Made by a program: the position numbers and the translations under genes
NCBI RefSeq assembly: GCF_009914755.1
Contig: NC_060941.1
Source: the human T2T-CHM13v2.0 reference genome, Homo sapiens
Strand: one strand, 5' to 3'
DNA length: 64,000 bases
Notes under the pieces: generated by a model
Database searches by the model: none
The model's input: the letters and a program-made list of their open reading frames with translations, nothing else
Told to the model about the DNA's origin: nothing
Shown: one piece after another, positions 30,507 to 42,708 of the stretch
Numbering within the stretch: the stretch's first letter is position 1
Layout: each line of letters opens with the position of its first letter

Positions 30507-30800
30507 GGCCCAGCACGGTATCTTACACTTGTAATACCAGCACTTTGGGAGGCCAAGGCAGGCAGATCACGAGGTCAGAAGTTCAAGACCAGCCTGACGA
30601 ACATGGTGAAACCCTGTCTCTGCTAAAAATACAAAAATTAGCCGGGTGTGATGGTGCATGCCTGTAACCCCAGCTACTCAGAAGGCTGAGGCAGGAGAAT
30701 TGCTTGAAACTGGGAGGCGGAGGTTGCAGTGAGGCGAGATTGCCCACTGCATTCCAGCCTGGGTGACAGAGCGAGACTCAGTCTAAAAAAAAAAAAAAAA
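30507..30800 (+). mobile_element. AluSg/Sx-like in tandem
   Basis: Second Alu directly after the first tail; followed by aaaaatctgtgt. Confidence 0.93.
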
Positions 30801-30851
30801 TCTGTGTAGCACATAAACTGGGTGATATTTGACCATTTAATTGCCTCTCTA

Positions 30852-31518
30852 AGAGGATGTGGAGAAATAGGAACACTTTTACACTGTTGGTGGGACTGTA
30901 AACTAGTTCAACCACTGTGGAAGTCAGTGTGGCGATTCCTCAGGGATCTAGAACTAGAAATACCATTTGACCCAGCCATCCCATTACTGGGTATATACCC
31001 AAAGGATTATAAATCATGCTACTATAAAGACACATGCACACGTATGTTTATTGCGGCACTATTCACAGTAGCAAAGACTTGGAACCAACCCAAATGTCCA
31101 ACAATGATAGACTGGATTAAGAAAATGTGGCACATATACACCATGGAATACTATGCAGCCATAAAAAATGATGAGTTCATGTCCTTTGTAGGGACATGGA
31201 TGAAGCTGGAAACCATCATTCTCAGCAAACTATCGCAAGGACAAAAAACCAAACACCGCATGTTCTCACTCATAGGTGGGAATTGAACAATGAGAACACA
31301 TGGACACAGGAAGGGGAACATCACACACCAGGGCCTGTTGTGGGGTGGAGGGGGGAAGGATAGCATTAGGAGATATACCTAATGTAAGTGACGAGTTAAT
31401 GGGTGCAGCAAACCAACAGGGCACATGTATACATATGTAACAAACCTGCACGTTGTGCACATGTACCCTAAAACTTAAAGTATAATAAAAAAAAAGAATA
31501 AAAGCAGAAGGAAAAAAA
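30852..31518 (+). mobile_element. L1PA4/5-like 3' end, 5'-truncated, inserted in a MIR
   Basis: ORF2 C-terminus (GCGEIGTLLHCWWDCKLVQPLWK...MFSLIGGN), 3' UTR, poly(A); TSD aatt(g/a)cctctctaag; MIR core cctcagttttcctatctgtaa resumes at 31533. Confidence 0.95.
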
Positions 31519-31799
31519 ATTACCTCTCTAAGCCTCAGTTTTCCTATCTGTAAGATAGGGAAATCTTTGCAAAGGGATTTTGTGAAACTAAATCACAAGC
31601 ACAAAGCACATAATATCTTTTCATTGTATATTAGGGTAAGGGTTTTGCATATAATCCTGTAGGCTAGTAGACAGTGGACTTCTGTACCCTCTCCCCATAC
31701 TTTTTTCTTTGACCACCAGTTTTCCCATCTCCTCTACCCACAAGGGAGAAAGACTTGCTGATTTTATTTCTCAGAGTTTGGAACCCAATTGGACTTTTG

Positions 31800-32467
31800 C
31801 TTTAGTTTTCAAACATGTATCCTCTTTCATCTTTCTCAGTTTAATATCCACACAGAAGCCATAGTAATCCTCTTAAAAGATATATCAGATTTTCTCCTTC
31901 TCTCTCTTGCTTAATACCTTCCAATGGTTTCCCCATGCTCTTAGAATAAACTCCAAAGTTCTCACCATATTCATAATGACCTTGTCAGCTCCACGTTGGT
32001 CTGTCTTTAGTGCCTCTCCCACTTCACTCATAGAACCCTCCTTCTCACCCTCCATGCTCCAGCCCCACTGACTATTCTGAGAATGTGCTAACATCTTTCT
32101 TGCACATGATATTTCTATTCAAGTGTGCTTCGCCTGACTTCTTGCACAACTGGCACCTTCTCATTCACCAAATCTAGTTCAGATGTCTCTTATGAAAGGC
32201 CTTCATGACTCATCCAAGTCATTCCAGCACCCTTGTCATTTACTTACCAGTGTAGTACCGTGTTAATTTCCTTTAAATCACCTCCCACATTTTAATATTT
32301 TTCATTAGCTTATTCGATTGTAGTCTATTTCTCCCATAATAATGTAAGCTCAGTGGTAGGAGCAACTTTATTGTCCTGTTACGTCCCCAATGTCTAGAAC
32401 AGTACCTAATATGTATTAGGTGATCAGTAAATAATAACTAGACCAATAAATAAACAAATAAATAAAT
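31800..32467 (+). mobile_element. L2a 3' end
   Basis: ccttccaatggtttcccc...ttagaataaactccaaagt...aatgtctagaacagtacct...taaataaacaaataaataaat. Confidence 0.8.
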
Positions 32468-33082
32468 ACTTTTAGGCCAGCGTTACTACCAGGCAGAATC
32501 ACTATGAGCGCAAGGCTCAGCATGCAGGAGCTGACCCTTCCAGGGTGCATGTGGCAAGCAGACAGGGCTGGGAGGGCTAACCAGATCTCTCTTTCTCATC
32601 TACTTCCTCTGCACCTACAATTGGGTGAGTGGTTTGGGGATGGCTCTGAAACTCTGATCATATTGAGTTCAGAAAGGGAAGAAGCAAGGAGCCCATGCAG
32701 CATTTTCTATTTAGCTGTGTCAGAAAGCCCTACAGTGGACATAGCATATGCTTTTCATCTTTTAAGTAAGAAGTACCTTTGCTTAGAATTCTGCTATTGT
32801 TCCTACTATAGGCCCCTCAGCAATATCTGGGTATTTATGGGCCCTGGATATAATAATATGATAACATTATAACAGATCACTAATGTATTAGTGTCTCATC
32901 CAGAGCCAAGTGGGCAAATGCACAGAGATGAGGATTTAGGGACAAAACACCACTTGGAGATATCGAAGCTCTGGAACCATTTCTAGAGTTCAGCTCTGCC
33001 CAGCCTTGACAGCTAACCTGATAAACAGACTTACCAAGAGAGAGGAATAATTGGGGCCAAGTGAAGCATGTCCTCGATCTCA

Positions 33083-33468
<386 letters not shown>

Positions 33469-33883
33469 GAAAAGAAATGGCTTTATTTCTTCTCAACATA
33501 GAGTGCATGCGGGGAAGGAAGGACTTGTATTGGAGGGGAAAGGCAGGGAGGGCTTACTTCAAAGTACAAATTTTAGGGATGAATTTTGTGCTCAGGACTG
33601 GCTGCCCTGGAATTAATTCTCTCTTTCAGAACTGAGAGACCCTTAGGTGTCTAAGAAGAGGTCAAGCAGTCAAGAAAAAAGGAGAGAGAAAGGAATATAT
33701 GTCCTGTTTTTGGACTAGTGAATTAAATAAGGCTGGAAGAATCTCAGAAAAGACAAAGTTTCAGGGAGGAACCTGCAGAAGTTTCTGGGTCTCTAAAGAC
33801 AGGTTCTGGTTGCTCCAAAAGCAGCACATAAGGCTAAGAAAGTTTTGGGTTTCTAGAAATCTCATAAAAAGTTGATGGCAGCG

Positions 33884-34306
33884 TGTATTCGTCTGTTCCT
33901 GCATTGCTCTAAAGAAATACCTGAGAGTGGGCAACTAATGAGAAAAGAGGTTTCATTGGCTCATTGTTCTGCAGTCTGTACAGGAAGCATGGCAGCCTCT
34001 GCTTGGCTTCTGGGGGCGCCTCAGGAAGCTTTCAGTTGTGGCAGAAGGCAAAGGGGTGTGAGGCATCTCACATGGTGGGAGCAGCAGCAAGAGCTAGAGG
34101 GTGTAGTTGCTACACACTTTTAAACAACCAAATCTTAGAAGAACTCACTGGCTATTGTGAGGACAGAACCAAGCGGGGAGAGTGCTAAACCATTTATGAG
34201 AAATCCACCCCCATGCTTCAATCACCTCCCACCAGGCCCCACCCCCAACACTGGGAATTGCAATTCAACATAAGACTTGCTGGAGACACAGATCCAAACC
34301 ATATCA
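33884..34306 (-). mobile_element. MaLR LTR MSTB-like
   Basis: tgtatt...ctgtacaggaagcatgg...gatccaaaccatatca; TSD cagcg/cagca. Confidence 0.88.
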
Positions 34307-34535
34307 CAGCATAATTAACTTCTTGGGGGATTTCTGCCAGTCAATTTTAAGCCCACAGGATGATTCCTGGCAAAACTGAAACCAAGCTTTCTCCATCCTT
34401 TCCTTCCAGCCTTCTCTGTCTATCTCCCCACCCCAGACAACACGGTTGCTGTTGTGGCTCCAGACTAGCAATGTGACACCACTGCTATTACATAGAAAAT
34501 GCTATTTCTGCAGCAGGCATATACATGGTCTACAT

Positions 34536-34543
34536 TGTGTGTA

Positions 34544-34580
<37 letters not shown>
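34536..34580. repeat. (GT)n microsatellite
   Basis: Interrupted GT run. Confidence 0.9.
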
Positions 34581-34581
<1 letters not shown>

Positions 34582-34619
34582 GGGTGCAGGTGGTGGTGGG
34601 GTCTCTTGCACTTAGAAAC

Positions 34620-35230
34620 CATGCATATCTCATTGACTCAACTATTCAGGTTCTTTGAGTTAAAGGAGGTAGAAATCCTCCTCGACCAGTTTAAGCAATA
34701 TAAGGAAAGTGATTGGTTCATGGAACTAGGGGAATCTTAGGGTGGCTCAAGCTGCAGGTTGGAATGTCTGCAGGGTTTGTACAATATCTTCAGAATTCTC
34801 TGTCTTTATTGCTGTCTGTCTCTCCCCATCACTCAGCTATTTGTCTCTGCTTGTCTTTGTTTTTAGTTAAGCTTTGTCCATATGATAACAGAATTCTGTC
34901 CTCATCTTAGACCTGTAGCTCCATCACTGCTTACATGTAATGTAAGCTTATGTTGTCTTTGGAAATTTTGCCTTCTAAAGAAAAGCAATGTTTTATAGGA
35001 TGCATTTACGTAAATCTCCCCAAAGGGCTTTGATTCATCTTGCTTGGGTCTTGAGTCCAAACTAAAACCAATCAACGTGTTTGGATTGTGGGAATGAGTT
35101 TGCAAATGACCCCTCTTCGTGATATGCCTAACTCTGTGGTAGAAGATGCAAAGCCACCTGGATTGACAGCCCCATCACACAAGGGCTGGGAAGTCAGTTA
35201 CCAAAAGGAAGGGAAGCAGAGCACATAAGA
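34620..35230 (-). mobile_element. Old MaLR LTR (MLT1K/L-like)
   Basis: agaaatcctc...ccagtttaagcaa...aaggaaagtgattggttcatg; very diverged. Confidence 0.4.
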
Positions 35231-35308
35231 AAGAATGCCTGTTCTGTATGCTGACCTTTTATGCATTTGGCAAGTAGGACATGTGAGAGTTTAGGATTGA
35301 ATTAATTC

Positions 35309-36093
35309 TATTACCAGGAAGTGTGGGAATCCTCAGTTCTCGTCTAACTTGGGAGAAAGAATTCAGCCAAGAGACATTTAGTAACGTAAAGCAAAAGGTT
35401 TATTAAGGAGATAAGAGTACACTCCAAGAGAAGAGCGAGCTTGTGTGGCTGGAAAAGTACCAGTAGCAGTGCTTATTTAAAGAGACCGTATACTCTGAAA
35501 GATGAGTCAGAGTGGGCTGCTTAAAAGAGAGAGTGAGCCAGCAGCAGTAAGAGTTCTCCACTGTGGTTTTTATTATGCCAGATTTTTTTATTTAAGTTCC
35601 CACCTCTGTTTTCAGTCTCTGCCTTTGTGTTTGTCTAGTTTTCCTGCTTCTGTCCTAAGACTCTGCCTTTTCCCCACCTAGTTCCTGCTCCCAGGTTAGT
35701 AGGAGTCTCCCTTACTGTCAGTTGATGCACATGCATGCACGGGCCTGGTGTTGGATATAAATTCTACCTAATGAGAGTGTTGCTCATTACTGCCACCCCA
35801 GTAAGGTCATATAGTGGTTAAACCTGTACATACTGCACCTGTGTATCTCCTGGGATTTTTTTTTCCTTTGCCCTCTTTCCATCCCTATTAGCATATAGCT
35901 AGCTACATTCTGACAGGTTAACTGCAGAGTGAAAGATTACTGACATTTTTTTCTGCATAGATATTTCCCCTCTTCTCTGCTTATATCTAGTATGCTTGTT
36001 TTGTGTGATCTCTGGGATGTGAGATTTTCCAGACCCCACTTTTCTCAGGGACTCTCCATCCTGCTCATGTCTAGCTATCTGCCTACTCTAACA
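35309..36093 (-). mobile_element. ERV1 solo LTR (MER50/MER72-like)
   Basis: Reverse start tgttagagtaggcagatagctagacatgagcagg; reversed AATAAA (tttatt) near 35399; 4-bp TSD attc at 35305-35308 and 36094-36097. Confidence 0.75.
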
Positions 36094-36387
36094 ATTCCAC
36101 TTTAGAAGTACCAAAGAAACTAAGAAACTCAGTGTATGGCCAAGAAGTTAGAGTGAGACCTTTTTGCCGGTTAAAGCATAATGAGAAATTGGATAGGAGA
36201 GAATCTGACATTATAAATAAATTGAGACCATTTATTTCTAGAAGAGAAAGAGGATTTCATTTTTAGACCTTGGTTTCTTTTTGGTTTTCTGTTAAAAATT
36301 TAGACATCCTTATTTTGTTACTTGGGCTATAATCTTGGGGGATACTGTATTGGTCAAATAGGCTGCACTGTACTTTGAGATGGAAAG

Positions 36388-37253
36388 TTATCACAGACAG
36401 GAAGAAAAAAAAAGTGTTTTTTTCTGCTTTCACTGTCTCACTCACCATAACACTTCTGACACCAGATGTGTGGAGGCCTGTTTCCCCACACGCCAAGCAA
36501 TCCTCCAGCAGACACCAGCTGGGTGACCTCTCATTCAACTCAATTCTGACCTTATCTGCCTGGAGTAGATCTATACCAATTCCCACAGGTTAAGGGCTCA
36601 GTCCTACAAAACTGTCCCCAACTTTAGATGCTAGTAGCAACTAGTTGGTTGTCATATATACTTATGACCAACTGGCTATCAATCAGAGGTTCCTATAACT
36701 CCTTTCTCAGGTTTGGTTGATTTGCTAGAATGGCTCACAGAACTCAGGGAAATACTTTACTTACATTTACCCATTCATCATAATGGATATTATGAAGGAT
36801 AAAAATGAACAGCCAATGGAAAGGATTTGTAGAGCAAAGCAGCTGGGAAGGGGTACAGAGGGTTCACACCCTCTCTGGGTCACCTTCTAGGAACCTCCAC
36901 ATGCTTAGCTATTCAAAAACTCTCTGAACCCCGCCCTTTTGGATTTTCATAAAGGCTTCTCTTGATAGGCAGGACTGAATAAATAATTGAGCATTGGTGA
37001 TCAACTCAAGCTTCAGCCCCTCTCCGTTTCTGGAGGTTGGAGGCTGGGCTGGAACTTCAAGCCCTCTCTCTAATCCTGCCATGGTTGGTACTTCTGATGA
37101 ATAGCCCCATCCTGAAGCTATCTAGAGGCTGACAGCCATCAGTCTACTCATTAGCATATAAAAGACTCTCTTATCACTCTGGAGGTTACAAGGGTTTTAG
37201 GAAAGAAAGAAGATAAAATACATATATATCTTATTATAAATCACAATATCACA
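36388..37253 (-). mobile_element. LTR MER21A/B
   Basis: aacacttctgacaccagatgtgtgg...ctcacagaactcagggaaa...ttataaatcacaatatcaca; TSD aaag. Confidence 0.85.
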
Positions 37254-37636
37254 AAAGTAGACTAGAATGTGAGTATTTGGTGTGCTGTATTCTACGGCTT
37301 TGGAAAATGTTTGATTAAAGTATGTTTTGTACCTCCTTCAGAGACTTCCATGGGCCATAGATATACTGCTCCTCTCACGGTTTCAAAGATGGTACAAAGG
37401 TGGGGTAGTGATTCCCCAGGAGTAGGCTCAGGAAGTGGGGACGGAACTGCTTACCTTCCTGTGGGAACAACCATATTCCTATTTACCATGGATTGTGTGT
37501 TGAGCCGCTGGCTTAAAAGAAAATAAAAAATAGTGTGGACTGCAAGTGAGGTGATGATTCTGCCTCTGTCCCCAAACTTCCTCCTCTTCTCAGTGAAAAA
37601 GGTGAAATTTCCATCCTTTCTTCGTGCTTCTCCTTC

Positions 37637-38361
37637 TGAAACTGACTTTGCAAAAATTGTATCAGTGAGAAAATCATGGCAGTAAAAGAGATCTGATTTA
37701 ACCCACCCTCCATCTTGCCTTTCCCTTAATCATTCTTGGGCTTAGGCTAAGCTAACTTTGGGAGACATTTGGTTTATAGTTTAAATGATAATAGGCCTTC
37801 ACCAAAACTCAGCTGCCTTTGTACAGCTAATCAGGCTAGGAGGAGGAGAGAAGCGATTCTGCTAAGGTGTAGACATAAACAATTGCCAGCCATTCCTGTG
37901 GATAACACCACTACTGTAGATTGGCCTTTTAAGACATCCTTTCAGGGTTTATTGTTTGTTCGTTTTTTTGGCATGTCTGACACCCATGGCTCCACCTGGA
38001 CCTGCCAACCCCACTCCTGTGGACCCACTCAGAAGTGATTCAGCTCAAGAGGTCAGCTTCAGCTCCTTATAATTTTATCTCAGCCCCAACCAATCAGCAG
38101 CAAGCACCTATTAGAGAGGTGCTTCTATTATACACCCATTACAGAGGTGCTTCTATTACCTAGGTACATTTCAGCCCCACCTTTTCCCCTAAAACGCCTT
38201 TGAAAAACCCCTACCTGTGAGCCTTGGATGAGATTAATTTGAGTACTAACTCCATCTCCCAAAAGGCATGGCTGGCCTCATGTCTATTCAACTCTTTCTT
38301 TACTGCAATGCCATAGTCTTTATTTGTGCAACAGGCACAAAGGACACCTCAGGCAGTTAGA
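37637..38361 (+). mobile_element. ERV1 solo LTR (LTR8A/B-like)
   Basis: tgaaactgactttgcaaaaatt...ctaagctaactttgggagacattt; TSD cttc at 37633-37636 and 38362-38365. Confidence 0.8.
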
Positions 38362-38659
38362 CTTCTGACAATCCCCTTTGTGGCTTTTCTCCCCAACCCT
38401 ACCTCCACAACATACAAAGAGAAAAGAGACCCTATTCTGATAGGTCAGAATCCCAGGACACTGTTTGTTCCATGGACATTAGTGGAAGTGGTCACTGTGT
38501 TACAATTCTTTACCCTTGCTCCCTCTGTCTGTTTGATAAAGAGACCTAGGCAAGACCTGCCTTTTTGGGACAGACCTGTTCAGATATTTTCTGCCACTCT
38601 ACTTCCTCTATGCCCAAGCAATAGGAAGCATGCCTATTAGATATTAACCATTCTTTTAC

Positions 38660-39420
38660 AAATAATTAAAATACTGCATTTACCACATCAAAGTTAAATG
38701 TATACTAGGAACTAATTCAGGTTCTTATTTCGATTTCACTCATCTGCTTGTATATTTGTATAAAAACACCATGGTGGTTTCACGACACTGAATTTATAAT
38801 GTTCTGATGTCTGGTAAGACAACTTTCCTCACTAGGCCTCTCTCGCTTATTTTATTGGCTGTTCTCTGCCAAATGCATTTATTCTACCAAATGAAAATAT
38901 AAAGTAGTTTATTTAATTAAAAAAACGCCTGTGGGGACACTAGTTAGATTGCAATAAATTTAAGCATTAATTTAGGGAAAATGGACATTTGGTAACATTA
39001 AGTATCCTCATCCAAAACATGATAAGTAAAACATTTACTATAATATCTGTCATATAAATGTTGTATTAGTGCTAGTAATTATTATTATTATCATAACTAT
39101 TTCCATATGTTCAGATCTTGTTTTATATTTTTCAGTAATATTTTATACATTTTAAGATGTAGGTTCTATCCCTTTCTTCTTAAATTTATTCCTACATATT
39201 TCACAGTGAATGAAGTTTTTAAAAAATATTATTTCTAAGTATTTGTTGCTAGTGCTTTAAGGGCTGTTATTTATACATGTATCCTGTATCTAATAGTCTA
39301 ATGACCTTACGTTATCTTTTTACTTATAGTTTTTTAACTTAGACATTTGAATTTTCCAGAAATATAATCATGTCATCTACAAAAAGCTACATAGTTTCAT
39401 CTCAGCTTCTTAAATGTTTC
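38660..39420 (-). mobile_element. Old L1M (L1ME-like) ORF2 fragment
   Basis: attaatttagggaaaatggacatt...taaatttattcct...ataatcatgtcatctacaaa. Confidence 0.6.
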
Positions 39421-40336
39421 TCTCCAGAAATGGTGGCTAGGCCTTGAAAAGGGGATAGGATGCAGTTGTATTCTCTCAATGTACTCAGTGTGTGGCAGAT
39501 GAGAAGTCTAAGGTCTGCCTGATTGTTTTTGCTTTGTGAGTAACTTGCACTTTCTGTCTGAAGATTTTATTTTTATCCTTGGACACTATCCTTTATTTCA
39601 TTTTTTTCTTTTCCCACCATCGTGTCTAGAATATAGCTCCCTCAGTTAGGAGGTTCTCTGGTTCTGCTAACCATTTATGGTTCTCTGGTTATGATGCCAC
39701 ACTAAAACAAACAAATCTTAACTAAAACCCTAAAATAGGCAGTACATTTTAAAGCAAATAATTAATAAATTTAAGCTTGTGTTTTGGGACATTCTGCAAT
39801 TTAAAGACTATGTACAGAATAGTCCTTAAAAGCTTAACCCCTGGAATCAAATTCCCTGAGGTTATATCTCAGATCCAGGCAAACTATTTTACCTCTCTGA
39901 ATCTCAATTTTATTGCCTACAAAATGGGAGTAAGTGTTATTCAACACGTGAAAATCAATCAATGTAATAAACCATATTAATAGGATAAAGGGGAAAATAC
40001 ATAATTATCTCTATTGATGCAGAAAAGGCATTTGGTAAAACTCAACACCTTTTAATGATAAAAAAAAAAAGACTCAACAAACTAGGAATAAAAGGGAATT
40101 TCCTCAATCATAAAAGAAATCTATAAAAATCTCACAGCTAACATCATACTTAATGGTGAATGACTGAAAACTCTCCCCCAGAGATGAGGAAAAAGACAAG
40201 GATATCTGCTTTCATCACTTCTATTCATCATTGTGTTGGAAGTTCTAGCAGGGCAATTAGGCAGGACAAATAAATAAAAGACATCATAATTGGAAAGGAA
40301 GACGCAGAACTCTCTGTTTGTAGATAACATATTCTT

Positions 40337-41116
40337 TTTAAAAATTTTTATTTTAGGTTAAAGGGTATACACGTTACATATGTAAATTGCATGTCACAGG
40401 GATTTGGTGTACAGATTATTTTGTCACCCAAGTATAAAAAGTAAAGTAGAGGTTCCTCTTCAAAGACTTTCTTCCCCATCTAATTAGGAATAAATAGTAA
40501 CTTCTCTTAGAAGCAAAATGTATTCAAAGACCTGTGCTAACATTCTTAAATATCTGCTAGCCGTAATAAAGAAATCAATGTACTTTATGCTCTTAGTTCC
40601 CACAGTTTAGCCTGAATATTTGCCCTGGCATGCTTATACTGGTCCAAGCAAGCATTAGGTCGTAGCCCGTTCCTCTTCCTTATTTGAAGGTATTTTTACC
40701 TTTCTCAGCATTCCACAAGTTACTTCCTCCTTCCTTTGTTCTCCTCTGCCTTTGCCTCTTTTAAAAAGTTCTAAGTTGCTAGCCAGTCGGGACAAATGCA
40801 GAATGTGAGGTCCCATTCCAGCCAATGGAAACCAGACACAGTGGTAGGGTGGACGTGTCAGGTTATAAACGACCCTGTCTCCTTTGTCCAGTGTACTTTA
40901 GTGGCAAAACTGCTGGCAAGTGTACCCTTTCTGCAGAAAGTATAAAAATGGCCTTGCTGAGGAAATTAAATTTATATTCAAGGGCTATTTCTTTACAGCA
41001 CCAGGGAACAAGCATTTCAAACACAAGTAATAAGCATCTTCATCCTCCCCCCACCTTCCACCTTCAAGAAGTCCCCGGTGGCTGTTCCCAATTTGCATCC
41101 ATAGGTACTCAATGAG
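40337..41116 (-). mobile_element. L1PA15/16-like 3' fragment, split by LTR10C
   Basis: ttggtgtacagattattttgtcacccaag|taataagcat; TSD taa(c/t)atattctt at 40325-40336 and 41117-41128. Confidence 0.75.
40433..41023 (+). mobile_element. HERV-I solo LTR (LTR10C)
   Basis: taaaaagtaaagtagaggttcctcttcaaagacttt...aacaagcatttcaaaca; TSD caag. Confidence 0.82.
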
Positions 41117-41309
41117 TAATATATTCTTATTTATAGAAAACCCTAAATAACCTACAAAAAATGATCAGGACTAACAAGTTCAGCAAAGTTGCAGGACATG
41201 AGATCAACATACAAAAATCAACTATATTCCTATCCCCTAGCAATGTATAACCTGAAAATGAAATTAAGAAAATGATTTCATTTATATAACATCAAAAATA
41301 ATAAAATAT

Positions 41310-41600
41310 GGCTGGGTGCGGTGGCTCACGCCTGTAATCCCAGCACTTTGGGAGGCAGAGGCAGGCGGATCATGAGGTCAGGAGATCGACACCATCTTGG
41401 CTAACACAGTGAAACCCTGTCTCTAATAAAACTACAAAAAACTAGCCAGGCGTGGTGGCGGGTGCCTGTAGTCCCAGCTACTCAGGGGGCTGAGGCACAA
41501 GAATGGTGTGAACCCAGGAGGTGGAGCTTGCAGTGAGCTGAGATAGCACCACTGCACTCCCACCTGGGCGACAAAGCGAGACTCCATCTCAAAAAAAAAA
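41310..41600 (+). mobile_element. AluY/Sc8-like
   Basis: ggctaacacagtg, gaatggtgtgaacc, ggagcttgc; A tail. Confidence 0.92.
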
Positions 41601-42149
41601 GAATAGAATAATTAGGAATAAATTCAATAAAGGAGGCTCAAGACTTGTATACTAAAAATTACCAACACTGTTGAAAGAAATTAATATCTAAATAAATGAA
41701 AAAAATCTTATACTCACAGAGAGGAAGACTTAATACTGTTAAGATAATAATACAGAAATTAAAAAGCTAATTCTAAAATTCAAAAGAAATTGCAAGGTAC
41801 TCCAAGAACACACAACCAGATTTCAAAAGTTCATACAAATTTACAGTAATCAAGACAGTGTGGTCCTAGCATAAAGCTAGAAATATAGATTAGTAAATTA
41901 GAATTAAAATTCCAGAAATGAATCTCCACATCCATGGTCAATTAATTTTTCACAAGGATACCAAGACCATTCAATAGAGGAAGAAATAGTTTTTTTCAAC
42001 AAAGAGCGCTGGGGCAACTGGATGTCTATGTGTAATCTTTGTATAATATCATTTACAAAAATTAATTACAAATGAAACAAAGATCTAAATGTAAGAGCTA
42101 AAACAATAAAACTCTTAGAAGGAAACATAAATGTGAATCTTTGGGACCT

Positions 42150-42708
42150 TGTATTAGTCAGGGTTCTCTAGAGGGACAGAACTAATAAGATATATGTATA
42201 TATAAAAGGGAGTTTATCAAGGAGAATTGACTCACACAATCACAAGGTAAAGTCCCACGATAGGCCGTCTGCAAGTTGAGGAGCAAGGAAGCCAGTGTTG
42301 GATCAGTCTGAGTCCCAAAACCTCAAAAGTAGGGAAGTCAACAGTGCAGCCTTCAGTCTGTGGCCAAAGGCCTGAGAGCTCCTGGAAAACCACTGGTGTA
42401 AGTCCAAGAGTCCAAAAGCCAAATAACTTAAGGTCCAATGTTCGAGGGCAGGAAGCATCCAGCACAGGAGAAAGATGAAGTCCAGAAGACCCAGCACGTC
42501 TGCTCTTCCATCTTCTCCTGCCTGCTTTATTCTAGTCTCGAAGGCAGCTGATTAGATGGTGCCCACCCAAATTGAGGGTGGGTCTGCCTCTCCCAGTCCA
42601 CTGACTCAAATGTTAATCTCCTTTGGCAACACCCTCACAGACACACCCAGGAACAATACTTTGCATTCTTCAATCCAATCAAGTTGACACTCAATATTAA
42701 CCATCACA
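42150..42708 (-). mobile_element. HERV-L solo LTR MLT2A2
   Basis: tgtattagtcagggttctctagagggacagaactaata...tcaatattaaccatcaca, 559 bp; TSD gacct at 42145-42149 and 42709-42713. Confidence 0.92.

Noticed and set aside
30822-31286. 154-aa ORF, the longest in the window
   Set aside because: It is the C-terminus of L1 ORF2p in a 5'-truncated L1PA, not a gene
39652-39690. ggttctctggtt present twice
   Set aside because: Only two short copies; not an array or CRISPR-like structure
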